From positions 832,001 through 896,000 of the forward strand of contig CP009479.1 in NCBI GenBank assembly GCA_000965745.1: DNA of 64,000 nt, in the 5' to 3' direction. This document shows positions 31,077 to 41,597 of this stretch, piece after piece (position 1 is the first letter of the stretch; each line of letters begins with the position of its first letter). This stretch comes from an uncultured archaeon. Its GTDB lineage: Archaea > Thermoplasmatota > Thermoplasmata > Thermoplasmatales > Thermoplasmataceae. The notes beneath the pieces are model-generated. The model ran no database searches. It was not told the origin of the DNA and saw only the letters and a program-made list of their open reading frames with translations. A program made the translations under genes and the position numbers.

Positions 31077-31775
31077 GTGCCAAGCAATTTCCAACCTACA
31101 GATAAAGATGAAATGGCAGATGACTACAATGAAAGGGGCATTTCATATTTCAACCTGAAAAAGTACCCTGAAGCTATCGAGCAGTTCACAAAAGCCATAA
31201 AGGTAGTTAACAACGAACCTGACTATTATTTCAACAGGGGACTGGCCTATTATTCCATGAAGATACTTGACCAGGCGATCAAGGACTACCAGAAATCCGT
31301 CGAGATATATCCCGATCACGCAGATTATTACAATGCACTAGGAGCTGCACTGGAGGATGCCGGAAGGCTCGAAGAGGCACTGGAGCAGTTCAACAAGGCC
31401 ATAAAGCTTGAGGGAGATGTTCCCGATTACTACTACAACAGGGGAAACCTCTACTGGAAAATGGACAATATGGAAGACGCCCTCAAGGATTTCAACAAGT
31501 GTGTCAGGCTGAACTCAACCGACCAGATATTCATATACAGAAGGCACGAGCTGCTTGTTGCAATGGAAAGGTATGATCAGGCGCTTGCAGACCTGGATGA
31601 GGCTCTGAAACTGGTTCCTGAGAATTACAATTACTATATTGCAAAATCTGAAATTTATGAAAAAATGGCCAAGTACAAGGACGCGGTAAGAGAGATAGAG
31701 GAAGCCCAGAAGTTCCTGCCTGAGCCTGAGGCCCTGTCTCCAAAAAAGGCTGAGCTTGAAGAAAAAATGGAGTAA
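31077..31775 (+). CDS. Tetratricopeptide repeat protein
   Basis: Repeated 34-aa YxNRG..Y...A...F..A units. Confidence 0.9.
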   Translation: MPSNFQPTDKDEMADDYNERGISYFNLKKYPEAIEQFTKAIKVVNNEPDYYFNRGLAYYSMKILDQAIKDYQKSVEIYPDHADYYNALGAALEDAGRLEEALEQFNKAIKLEGDVPDYYYNRGNLYWKMDNMEDALKDFNKCVRLNSTDQIFIYRRHELLVAMERYDQALADLDEALKLVPENYNYYIAKSEIYEKMAKYKDAVREIEEAQKFLPEPEALSPKKAELEEKME

Positions 31776-31800
31776 TGCCTGCAGGCATTCCCATCGGTCT

Positions 31801-32796
31801 CTAATTTTTCCAATCTAGTAATACTGAAGTCCTGCTGTCATAAAGAAGAGGGGTAACCTTGCCCTCAATCACGAAATTCTTTGCGTCCGCAGTTTCAGAA
31901 ATTTCCCTGATCTCAGGATACTTTGAGATCATCACCCACAATTTGTCCGGGATCGTAACCATTATCTGGTTGCCCTTAAGTATGTGGGGAATCTCGACTT
32001 TTCCAATACTTTCCTTTATGAGATCCAGCTCAGTCTGCCCGCTCTCCCCGGATTGCCCAAGGAGGAGCCTTAAGACACTGTTTGATATCAGTAGAAGTGG
32101 TGTGGACACATAACCTGCTCAAATCAGTTTTTCCTTGGTTTTGAAAACGTCCTCAAGTACCTGTCCTGACTTCGACCGGTCTCCGGGTTTCATCTTTTCT
32201 GATCTCTTGCCGTGGGACAGTTCGTGATCGGTTAGAAGTTCATTTCCGAGAAGCAATTCAAATTTTCTGACGTTTTCTTTTTCCTCCTCTTTCATGTACG
32301 CCTCGACACCGCCTTTTCTCAATGAAAAATCGTGAACAAATCGCTTTAATGGAAGAATTCTCTTCTCATCCTCAGGAGGGGGAATTCCGTTTCCTGACCA
32401 CTCACTCTACAAACCTGAAACTCTTGAAGGGGCAGCATTTTACCCTCATTATTTCCCATCTTGGAATCACCTCTTGGGATGGCTCCGAATCCTTCCGGAG
32501 CATCTCCCGTTGACAGCAGGCCGGACGCCTCGTCCCACCCTTCTTTCATCTTCCCGAACTCTTCAGGTTCGTGCTCATAAAGGAGCCTCATAAACTCGCC
32601 AAAGTGCGTTATCTCTTCCTTCGCTATGTCTTCATGGGCCTTCTTGAATGCCCCGTCCGGAATAAGGCTGGACTGCTGTTCATAGAAGTTAATGGCGTCT
32701 AGCTCTGCAGCAAGCGCAAGCCTTATGGAGCGCGTAATTTCTTCAGGGCTCATCTTTTCCTTTCTTGAAAGCTCACTCGGATCCTTAGAATAACAC
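31801..32796 (-). pseudogene. Degenerate ferritin-like (Flp)-family 1 encapsulin fusion gene
   Basis: AELDAINFYEQ..IAKEEITHFGEF Flp motif; frameshift near 32410; in-frame TGA at 32119-32121 in KLI*AGYVSTPLL; total span about 330 codons. Confidence 0.75.
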
Positions 32797-32966
32797 CAAC
32801 AACCACATTTTCATAATCTTAATTCGTATTAACGGTCTTCGGACAGCCTGATTATGGCACAAAACAGCTACCTTTATCCCAATGGGTGGTTTGAAGTTCT
32901 CCAGCCAAATTCACGCAGGAATTACGATATAAATTTATAACTGCATAGTTTACTAAAATTGATATT

Positions 32967-34829
32967 TTGAACATTCCTTACGAACTCAGAGATTACCAGA
33001 AGAAAACCATAGATTTCATCACAAGGTCAATTTCAAGCAACGTTGGCGCAGCCGTAGAATCGCCCACGGGATCCGGAAAGACACTCATGGGCCTGATCTC
33101 AGCAATGAAATATGTTGAGTCAAACCCCGGTTGCAAGATCCTTTATCTTACGCGGACAAACTCTCAGCAGGAACAGGTTATAACGGAACTCAGGGAGATC
33201 AACCGCACCTTCAGAATAAAAGCGCTCCCATTTCAGGGCCGTGGAAATTTGTGCACACTCTATCATGAAATTGAAGGAAATGATGAATTCAATTCCGAAA
33301 GTCTTTCAAAGTTCTGCTCTGCCAGGAAAAAGAAGGTCATGGCAGGAAACCAGAAGGCATGCAGGTTCTTCAATGAGAAGGTGAAGTCCGAGGAAACTTC
33401 AGAGAAGATATTTTCAGAACTTCCGACTGCAGAGCAGCTTTACAGGTACGGGATTAAGAACGTCGTCTGCCCGTACGAGTCCCTGAAGTCGGCGATGACA
33501 AAGTCAGATGTCGTGGTGGCCCCATATGCATTTTTCCTTAATGTTCCAGTGGCCGAGAGGTTCCTTAACCACTGGGGCGTAACGAGAGACAATCTTGTAG
33601 TGGTTATGGATGAAGCACATAATCTTCCTGATCTGGCTAGGGAGGTTTCATCGTTTGAAATATCAGTCAACCAGATAAACATGGCAGAAAAGGAAGCGGT
33701 CGAGTTCGGGGACATAGAGCTTATGCCAAGGGTACGCGCATCAGACTTCACGGAGATGATCAGGTCAGGCATGCTCAGCCTCGTTGATGACAGGCTCGAA
33801 GGAAGGGAAGATACGCGAATCAGATTTGACGAGTTCAGGGAGTATGTAATGATGACAAACTCCGTGAACAGTGAAAAATTCAGGAATCTTATTGTGTATC
33901 TCAGCATCCTCGGCGAAGATATCCTGTCCAAGAAAGAGAACGAGGGGAAAGTTCCAAGGTCAAGGGTAAACGCCCTTGCGGAGCGACTGCAGATGTGGGA
34001 GGACGTGGACGACGATCGCTATGTTGCTATCCTCTCTAACAGAAAAAACGGCTCTATTGAAGCGTTCTGCCTTGACCCCTCCCTGATCCTCTCTCCCCTG
34101 AAGGAGTCCAAGACCATACACATGTCAGGAACGCTTGAACCGGTTGAGATATACAAGAATGTGACTGGGTTCCAGTCCATAAAGCACAGATCAATCCCTT
34201 ACATGTTCCCCGACGAGAGAAGGTCTGTGATTTACTATGAAGGTGTTACTACCAAATTTGACGAGTTTGACCGCAATGAGGTGACAAAGATGAGAGACCT
34301 CATCTCGGAGCTTGTCAATACAGTAAAGAGGAACAGCATCGTATTCTTCCCTTCGTACAGCACTCTCGACAAAGTGGCAGAAGCTGGATTCGATTTCCCG
34401 TACCTATCGGAGAAGAGGGGATCATCCCAGGTGGAGTCCATGGACATGGTAAGGAAATTCAGGAAAGGTGGAAAGCCGATTCTTGCTGTTGCAGGAGGGA
34501 AACTGTCAGAAGGAATGAATTTCCCGGGGAAGGAACTGGAAATGGTAATAATTGCAGGGATACCTTATCCCAGGCCCGATGCCCGTCAACGTTCAGTCTA
34601 CGGCTACTATGAACATCTCTACAGGAGAGGGTGGGAATATTCTGTCACTTTCCCCACGCTTATCAAGCTGAAACAGGAAATAGGGCGCCTTATAAGGACT
34701 GAGGAAGACACTGGCATGGCGGTCATACTGGATAAGCGAGCCTCGTATTTCAGGAGCTACATACCGTTCATGATGCTCAGTGAAGATCCTGTACGAGACG
34801 CATTCAAATTTTTTAACAGATTCGAATAG
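32967..34829 (+). CDS. xpd: XPD/Rad3 Fe-S DNA helicase
   Basis: ESPTGSGKT, Fe-S Cys residues, DEAHN, SGTL, SEGMNF, QEIGRLIR. Confidence 0.95.
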   Translation: MNIPYELRDYQKKTIDFITRSISSNVGAAVESPTGSGKTLMGLISAMKYVESNPGCKILYLTRTNSQQEQVITELREINRTFRIKALPFQGRGNLCTLYHEIEGNDEFNSESLSKFCSARKKKVMAGNQKACRFFNEKVKSEETSEKIFSELPTAEQLYRYGIKNVVCPYESLKSAMTKSDVVVAPYAFFLNVPVAERFLNHWGVTRDNLVVVMDEAHNLPDLAREVSSFEISVNQINMAEKEAVEFGDIELMPRVRASDFTEMIRSGMLSLVDDRLEGREDTRIRFDEFREYVMMTNSVNSEKFRNLIVYLSILGEDILSKKENEGKVPRSRVNALAERLQMWEDVDDDRYVAILSNRKNGSIEAFCLDPSLILSPLKESKTIHMSGTLEPVEIYKNVTGFQSIKHRSIPYMFPDERRSVIYYEGVTTKFDEFDRNEVTKMRDLISELVNTVKRNSIVFFPSYSTLDKVAEAGFDFPYLSEKRGSSQVESMDMVRKFRKGGKPILAVAGGKLSEGMNFPGKELEMVIIAGIPYPRPDARQRSVYGYYEHLYRRGWEYSVTFPTLIKLKQEIGRLIRTEEDTGMAVILDKRASYFRSYIPFMMLSEDPVRDAFKFFNRFE

Positions 34830-35937
34830 TGCAGTATTAGGTGTTATCATAGGTATAATAGCTGGACTGGGCTCACTTGCTCTTTACTACGCAATAGAAA
34901 TGGTGACAAATCTGTTTTTCACAGGAGTGGACTGGCCTGACTCTCCCCGATCCTGGAGGTGAGGGAGGTTCCCTTAACTGCTCTTTCGGGCACTATGGGA
35001 GACTGTTAATACCGGTTTCAACAGTTGCCGGAGGCCTGATCTCTGCTTTCACTGTATACCGGTTCGCCCCGGAGACAGAGGGCCATGGGACAGACGCGGC
35101 AATAGCAGCTGTCCACAGGAGCACCAAGATCAAACCCCAGATACCGAGTGTAAAGCTTCTGTCATCAGCAGTCACCATAGGGACCGGCGGAAGTGGAGGA
35201 AAGGAAGGCCCTGCCGCCCTGATTGCTTCCGGATACGGCTCTTTTGTTGCAGATGTTTTCCACATGAGCGATCATGACTGAAGAATTGCCATGGCTGCAG
35301 GCATAGGTGCTGGCATTGGCAGCACTTTCCTTGCCCCTTTCGGTGGAGCCTTGCTCAGCACAGAAATACTCTACAAACAGGATTTTGAAGCTGAAGCACT
35401 GATTCCTTCACCACAGCCATCGCATACTTTGTTTCAGGCACTGGCAACACCATTTACAGGGCACAGTATCTGAACAGGGCTGCCTCTCCTGCGCACAGGC
35501 TGGAATACCCGAAGCCGGTAATGGAGGAAGTAGCCGTCTATGATGCAATGGAAAGGAATTATGGAAGAGTCTCACCAGAAATGGGTATGAGGGAAGCCCT
35601 CATCATTCTTCATTCCACCAGGACCAAGGGTGTTGTGGTTAAGAGAGATGGGGAGCTTGAGGGATACCTCTCCCTTGAAGACGATAAATATGGCATGGAT
35701 CTCTACGGCATCTCAGTAAGCGACATCACGTCAAGGGACCCACTGACCATTTCCAAGGATGAAAACATAAACGTGTCATTGAATCTGCTGACAAAATCCA
35801 CTTCCGGAAAGCTTATCGTAGTGGAAGAAGACCTTCCAGGGAACTCTCGTGTTTGGGGACGTTGCAGAAGCATACAACAGGGAGATCAGACTGATCAAGT
35901 CCAGGCTCATGGCGGAATAGTCGCGAATATGCAATAA
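34830..35937 (+). pseudogene. ClC chloride channel/CBS-domain pseudogene
   Basis: GHGTDAAI, GGSGGKEGP and APFGGALL motifs spread across frames; TGA at 35278-35280; missing N-terminus and central TM region; CBS remnant 35521-35937. Confidence 0.85.
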
Positions 35938-36005
35938 TATGGCGCCGTTTTGCCAAAAATGGCAAAATAGTAATACCTTGAATTGCAATATGAAAGAATA
36001 CTGTA

Positions 36006-36464
36006 ATGGCACTGAAGAGCGAGGATATTGGCAAGATCAGGAACGCTGAAATCTCAGATATCGAGAGAGTGGTTGAAATTGCAAACTCGTCTCTTACTGA
36101 GTATTACACCACAAATCTGATGATGGATCTGTATCATTCCTGGAGGGATGCCTTCATGGTTTACACCCTCAACGATCGCATCATAGGTTTCATAGCAGGG
36201 GGAAAATTCTCAAGGACTGAGGCACGCATACTTCTCCTTGCGGTTGAAGAAAAGTTCAGGCATCTGGGAATCGGTAAAGCCTTGATGAATGATTTCATTG
36301 ATTTGTGCAGGATGCACAACATAATGAGTATAAGGCTTGAGGTGAGGACCGACAACACAGAAGCAATTCATTTCTACCAGAAATACGGGTTCTCCACTAT
36401 ATCCACAATAAGGGCCTACTACAGTGACTCATCAGACGCCTATCTTATGTGGAAATTAATATAA
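36006..36464 (+). CDS. RimI/Ard1 family N-acetyltransferase
   Basis: AVEEKFRHLGIG, LEVRTDNTEAIHFYQKYGF, YYSDSSDAYLM. Confidence 0.9.
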   Translation: MALKSEDIGKIRNAEISDIERVVEIANSSLTEYYTTNLMMDLYHSWRDAFMVYTLNDRIIGFIAGGKFSRTEARILLLAVEEKFRHLGIGKALMNDFIDLCRMHNIMSIRLEVRTDNTEAIHFYQKYGFSTISTIRAYYSDSSDAYLMWKLI

Positions 36465-36473
36465 AAAAGGGAT

Positions 36474-37676
36474 TTAGAATACAGACAGCTTGCCGTCAAC
36501 AAACATCTGTGTGAGGTCTGTTATGTGTGCAAGTCTTTCATCTGCAATTCTTCTTATGTTGTTCTTGTGCTTTGACTCGTCCACGCCATCTGCATATATT
36601 GCATGAATGCTTGCCACGTGCGGGTCATCGATCGGCCTTCCGATCTGGGACACGATCCTGACAAGAACCTCTTCCACATCATTGCCTGTTTCCTTGACAA
36701 TGTCCTGTGCTATTAGGTTTGAAAGAACATTGTAGAGCTTTCCGACGTGTGTTACAGGATTCTTTCCTGCAGCGGCTTCCATACTCATCGCTCTGTATGG
36801 CGTGATAATGCCGTTTACTCTGTTTCCTCTTCCAACTGACCCGTCATCCCCGTTCTCCATGGAAAGGCCAGTGACTGTGAGATAGGTCGCCGATTTTTCA
36901 TCGCCCTCTTCATCCGCTGTGTTAACGAATACATTTACATCCTTGTCCGTGAACTTGACAGCATTGTCTTTCACCATGTTCATGAGCTCTTCCTTGATGG
37001 AGAAATACTCTTTTCTGTCCTTGACGTATTTGTCCACATAAGCTGCAGCTATGGTCAGGTTTATTGTATCTTTCTGCCTGAACCCCATTACCTTCACATC
37101 GTATCCAATCGCGGGCAACTTGCTCTTAAGGGCCCCATTCACATAGTTTTCGGTTTCAAGGACAAGCCTCTCTGTATCACTGTAGGGCGCGAAACCGACG
37201 CCGAATGAAGTATCATTTGCCCTCAGCTTTGAAGTGTCATACACATCAATAAGATCTATTGAGCCGTGGCCAATTCTGGAATCTATCATTATGTCGGAGT
37301 CAAGGTCAAGGTGCTTGAAATTGGAAGAAAGGTAGCTCTTGGTTGCTTTTATTGCAAGAGACTTGAAAGGTATCCTGTCCTTCCCGACTGTTGTAGTAGC
37401 CCTACCGCTCAACAGAATATATGTCGGCTCAAGAACAACACCGCCGCCAAACTTAGGTGCTGACTGACCTCCCACGACCTCTACCTGGTCTGTGTTATGG
37501 TGAAGTATCCTTCCATATTCTTTGAGGTAATATTTGCTGAGTTCTCTGCTTACTGCTTCTGCAATGCCATCAGAGACACTATCCGGGTGACCTTTTCCCT
37601 TTCTTTCTACTATTTCGACCTCTTTTTTCGCTGTTGGAATCTGACACAGTGTTTCTACTGAAATGTTTCTAGCCAT
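36474..37676 (-). CDS. mat: Archaeal S-adenosylmethionine synthetase
   Basis: [33 protein letters not shown]. Confidence 0.96.
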   Translation of the reverse strand: MARNISVETLCQIPTAKKEVEIVERKGKGHPDSVSDGIAEAVSRELSKYYLKEYGRILHHNTDQVEVVGGQSAPKFGGGVVLEPTYILLSGRATTTVGKDRIPFKSLAIKATKSYLSSNFKHLDLDSDIMIDSRIGHGSIDLIDVYDTSKLRANDTSFGVGFAPYSDTERLVLETENYVNGALKSKLPAIGYDVKVMGFRQKDTINLTIAAAYVDKYVKDRKEYFSIKEELMNMVKDNAVKFTDKDVNVFVNTADEEGDEKSATYLTVTGLSMENGDDGSVGRGNRVNGIITPYRAMSMEAAAGKNPVTHVGKLYNVLSNLIAQDIVKETGNDVEEVLVRIVSQIGRPIDDPHVASIHAIYADGVDESKHKNNIRRIADERLAHITDLTQMFVDGKLSVF

Positions 37677-37853
37677 TGTGCTTCCTCTTCCGTTCATATT
37701 TAAAGAATATTAAATCTTTTGTTGTCGTCTTTGTGAAAATTACCCATATCATAAAAATATTACTAATGGTAATACAATGTGTGACAAGGTCTTTCAAGCA
37801 GTGTGTCCGGTAATAATTACAGTATTATTCAGGAGAATATTGCCCGGGCATTA

Positions 37854-38108
37854 TTAGCTGCTGGGTTCGGGCCCATATTCCGGAAGATCGGAAAGGCTCA
37901 TGTCCGGGTGTTTCTCCCTCCATTCCTCCTCATGCATCTTGCCCTGTGGCCTGACCTGGTCAAAGGCTTTTTTTCCGCATATCGGGCACTTGAAATAAAG
38001 CTCCGCGAAAATATGTGGCCTCAGAATGTCAGATGCCCTGAATTCATGCAAAAATTCATTGCTGCAGGAAGAACACCTGATCTTCCAGATATGAACCATT
38101 CTTTCCAT
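37854..38108 (-). CDS. Small zinc-ribbon hypothetical protein
   Basis: CSSC...CPICG; upstream TATA-like sequence. Confidence 0.65.
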   Translation of the reverse strand: MERMVHIWKIRCSSCSNEFLHEFRASDILRPHIFAELYFKCPICGKKAFDQVRPQGKMHEEEWREKHPDMSLSDLPEYGPEPSS

Positions 38109-38209
38109 TATTATATAACAACGAGGAGTTTATTAATATTACTTCGGCCGCAGTTCCCGGCGGGGGCGGGATAAGTCATTTTAATATTGGAAAGGCACAT
38201 TACTTTACG

Positions 38210-39712
38210 ATGAAGGTTTTCATTAGCGTCTTCGACAAAACTGGCCTTGTACAATTCATAAAAGGAATTTCAAACCACCTGGACGAGATATATTCCACCG
38301 GGGGGAGCTACAAGCACCTCAAGGAAAATGGAATCGACGTGAGGAACAGTTCGGAACTCACCGGTTTTGGAGAAATACTTGGGGGGAGGGTCAAGACACT
38401 GCATCCGAAGGTCTTTTCCGGAATCCTTTCAAACAGGGACCAGAAGAGCAGAGAGGAAACTGACAGCATTGGCGCACCCGAGTTTGACATGGTAGTGGTT
38501 AATTACTATCCTTTCGAAAAGGCAGCATCAAGCGGAAACCTCGACGAAATGATCGAAAATATTGACATAGGGGGGGTCTCACTCGTAAGGGCAGCTGCAA
38601 AGAACTACAGGAATGTGATCGTGCTCACCGACCCCTCACATTACAAAGTAGTGTCGGAAGAACTGTCACAGATGGGCTCAATCTCCATGAGGACAAGGGA
38701 GATGCTTGCCATGAGGGCAATGGCGAGGACAGCTGAGTATGACGTGAATATATACAACTCGCTCTACAGGAAGCTGAACAACACAGTTCCTGAGGAACTT
38801 TTCCTGCATTACAAGGGGAAGGAGGAGCTCAGGTATGGGGAAAACCCGGACCAGAAGGGATACCTTTTCTCTGACGGAAGCAGGAATGGCATTGCAAACG
38901 CTGAGCAGTTGAACGGGAAGCAGCTTTCATACAACAACCTTGTTGATGCTGATGCAGCCTTTGAGACAGCACTTGAATTCGATGAGACAACCGCGGTTGT
39001 GGTAAAACATAACACTCCATGCGGAGTGTCTTCAGGAAACACACTTGCGGAAGCACTGAGGAAGGCAATCGACGCTGACAGTGAGTCTGCATACGGTTCA
39101 GTGATTGCACTGAACCGCAAGGTTGACATGGCTACGCTTGACGAGATGAAAAAGCGCTTCATAGAGGTGCTTATTGCACCGGATTATGATGAAGATGCAC
39201 TGGAGCGCCTTAGAACCAGGAAGAACTTGAGAGTCCTGAAGGTTCCGTTCATCAGGGACGATTCCCTCAGGTACAAGGCCATCTCAAACGGAATAGTTGC
39301 CCAGACTCCTTTAAGGTCAGATTTTGGCACGCCCATACTCAAGACCAAGAAAGAAGCAGGCAAGGATGTCATGCGGGATATGGAGTTTGCCTGGAAGGTT
39401 GTAGCGCACTGCAGGAGCAATGCAATCGTTCTTGCGAAGGACAGGACCACGGTCGGAATCGGCGGAGGCCAGACATCCAGGATTGAGGCAATGAGAATAG
39501 CAACCGCAAAGGCAGGAGAAAAGGCAAGGGGGGCAGTCCTGGCATCAGACGCATACTTCCCGTTTTCGGATAATGTGGAACTTGCTGCAGAGAGCGGCGT
39601 GTCGGCTATCATTCAACCCGGAGGCTCAATCAGGGACGAGGAAGTTATAGACGCCTCTGACAGGCTTGGCGTGCCTCTTTACTTCACGGAAAAGAGAGTC
39701 TTCCTACACTGA
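38210..39712 (+). CDS. purH: Bifunctional AICAR transformylase/IMP cyclohydrolase
   Basis: ISVFDKTG, GRVKTLHP, DIGG, LRYGENP, ASDAYFPF, IQPGGS. Confidence 0.97.
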   Translation: MKVFISVFDKTGLVQFIKGISNHLDEIYSTGGSYKHLKENGIDVRNSSELTGFGEILGGRVKTLHPKVFSGILSNRDQKSREETDSIGAPEFDMVVVNYYPFEKAASSGNLDEMIENIDIGGVSLVRAAAKNYRNVIVLTDPSHYKVVSEELSQMGSISMRTREMLAMRAMARTAEYDVNIYNSLYRKLNNTVPEELFLHYKGKEELRYGENPDQKGYLFSDGSRNGIANAEQLNGKQLSYNNLVDADAAFETALEFDETTAVVVKHNTPCGVSSGNTLAEALRKAIDADSESAYGSVIALNRKVDMATLDEMKKRFIEVLIAPDYDEDALERLRTRKNLRVLKVPFIRDDSLRYKAISNGIVAQTPLRSDFGTPILKTKKEAGKDVMRDMEFAWKVVAHCRSNAIVLAKDRTTVGIGGGQTSRIEAMRIATAKAGEKARGAVLASDAYFPFSDNVELAAESGVSAIIQPGGSIRDEEVIDASDRLGVPLYFTEKRVFLH

Positions 39713-39792
39713 GGAGATGCCTCTTTTCCCAAATGGGAACACAATTCTTCCCACCCGGTAAATGGTTTTAAGGGTTCCCGGATTGTCAAAAC

Positions 39793-40722
39793 ATGGATTA
39801 TGTCACTCTTGGAAAATCTGACCTGAAGGTACCAGTCGTAGGTTTTGGTGCCTGGCAGGCAGGAAAATCTGGCTGGGGGGAAGACTACACGGATGAGGAC
39901 AGCATCAAGGCAATCAGGTACTCTCTGGACCATGGGGTAAATTTCATCGATACCGCAGAAGTCTATGGCTACGGCCATTCTGAAGAGGTTGTGGCAAAGG
40001 CAATGGAAGGTTATGCCCGTGATGACGTTGTCATTGCAACCAAGGTAGCAGGATACCACTTTCGTTACAAGGACGTGATCAAGGCAGCAGAGAACAGCCT
40101 TAAGAGGCTGAATACCGATTATATTGACCTGTACCAGCTTCACTGGCCGGACAACTACACCCCTGTCGGAGAGACGATGTCTGCAATGGAGCAGCTGGTC
40201 AAAGAAGGAAAAATCAGGAACATAGGGCTGTGCAACTTCCCAAGGCCACTTGTAGAGGAGATATACGCCAAGAAGAGCCCTGACCTGCCCATTGTATCAA
40301 ACCAGATGAGATACAATATGATTCAGAGAGAGGTTGAGGGTGAACTGTATCCCTATATGAAGCAGAAGGGAATCAGCATGATTGCATGGAGCCCCATTGC
40401 CAAAGGTCTTCTTACCGGCAAGTACAACGAAGGAAATATTCCCGGTGATGAAATAAGGAAAGGAGATGCCCTTTTCACGAAGGATAACCTGAAAAGGCTT
40501 ACCGGCCTGTTGAACGAGATCAGCGAGATTTCGGAAAAGCACGGAAAAACAATGGCACAGGTTTCTTTGAACTATCTCATTTCCAAGGAAGCGATTGTGA
40601 TACCGGGGGCAAAAAATGTCAAACAGGCAGAGGAAAACATGGGTGCTGCTGGCTGGAAACTGTCCAAATCGGAAGTCGATTCACTGGACAGGGCTTCAGA
40701 CGTGGAACTCACATATTCCTAG
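39793..40722 (+). CDS. Aldo/keto reductase
   Basis: FIDTAEVYG, ATK, DLYQLHWP, AWSP. Confidence 0.95.
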   Translation: MDYVTLGKSDLKVPVVGFGAWQAGKSGWGEDYTDEDSIKAIRYSLDHGVNFIDTAEVYGYGHSEEVVAKAMEGYARDDVVIATKVAGYHFRYKDVIKAAENSLKRLNTDYIDLYQLHWPDNYTPVGETMSAMEQLVKEGKIRNIGLCNFPRPLVEEIYAKKSPDLPIVSNQMRYNMIQREVEGELYPYMKQKGISMIAWSPIAKGLLTGKYNEGNIPGDEIRKGDALFTKDNLKRLTGLLNEISEISEKHGKTMAQVSLNYLISKEAIVIPGAKNVKQAEENMGAAGWKLSKSEVDSLDRASDVELTYS

Positions 40723-41597
40723 AAAACGTTGAACATGAGGTAGGCAGCGAGAAATCCCAGTATAACACCTGAATTTATGAAAGGCAGGCCAGGGGCCGGC
40801 TTCTTCACAAGGTCGGAGAAGAGAAGTATCATTCCGATGATCCCTCCCAGGAGTGGTAGCAGTATGAACCAGATCATATGGTCCCTTCCGAACATTGCGG
40901 AGGAAACAACCATTATGCTTGGAAGGGCGACATCACCAAATCCAAGCATCAATGCCCTCCTCTCCCCTTCCTGGTCTATCCTCACGTCCTCAAGTTTCAC
41001 ACCTCTCTTTGTAGGCATAACAAAAAGGAGGGGGAGTGACTCATTGATGGCTACCTCTGCCAGGCTTACCATGTGCTTCGTCTTGTAAACTGAGATATAA
41101 TCATACACGGCAAAGGCAATAAGGAAAATTACTGCCGCCCATATGCCTACTATGACACCCCATATGGCAGAGACCCCGGCTGAAAGGAAGAATCCGGCCA
41201 GGTTGGTAACAAACCAGTTGTTCCTGAATATCAGGAAGTAGGCATAAATCAGGGGCGCTGCTATTATTATGATGTAATACTGGAGATACGTGTTGGCTAT
41301 CACTGTTCCGACTATAAGGAACACGTAGAACACAACATAAATGATAAGAAACAGGAATATTGCCCTCATTATCCGCATTTTCTTCTTCTTTGCAAGATAG
41401 AGGATAAAAAACGTCACAGCTATGGCAAACACCATGTAAACAAGGACAGTACTGATCCCGGTTGTCGGCGTGGTATTTGAGAAGCCCGCATTCTGCTGTA
41501 TCAATATGGTCGCAAGGAATATTGCAAAGAGGGAAGAGAGGACAAATAGGACAAGTGTGGAAATCTCAGGAACTCTTAGCCTTATCAGACTTCTCAC
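40719..41597 (-). CDS. Presenilin-family intramembrane aspartyl protease
   Basis: AVYDYISV, LGFGD and PGLP motifs, multiple TMs; start near GTG 41597 uncertain. Confidence 0.88.
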   Translation of the reverse strand: MRSLIRLRVPEISTLVLFVLSSLFAIFLATILIQQNAGFSNTTPTTGISTVLVYMVFAIAVTFFILYLAKKKKMRIMRAIFLFLIIYVVFYVFLIVGTVIANTYLQYYIIIIAAPLIYAYFLIFRNNWFVTNLAGFFLSAGVSAIWGVIVGIWAAVIFLIAFAVYDYISVYKTKHMVSLAEVAINESLPLLFVMPTKRGVKLEDVRIDQEGERRALMLGFGDVALPSIMVVSSAMFGRDHMIWFILLPLLGGIIGMILLFSDLVKKPAPGLPFINSGVILGFLAAYLMFNVF

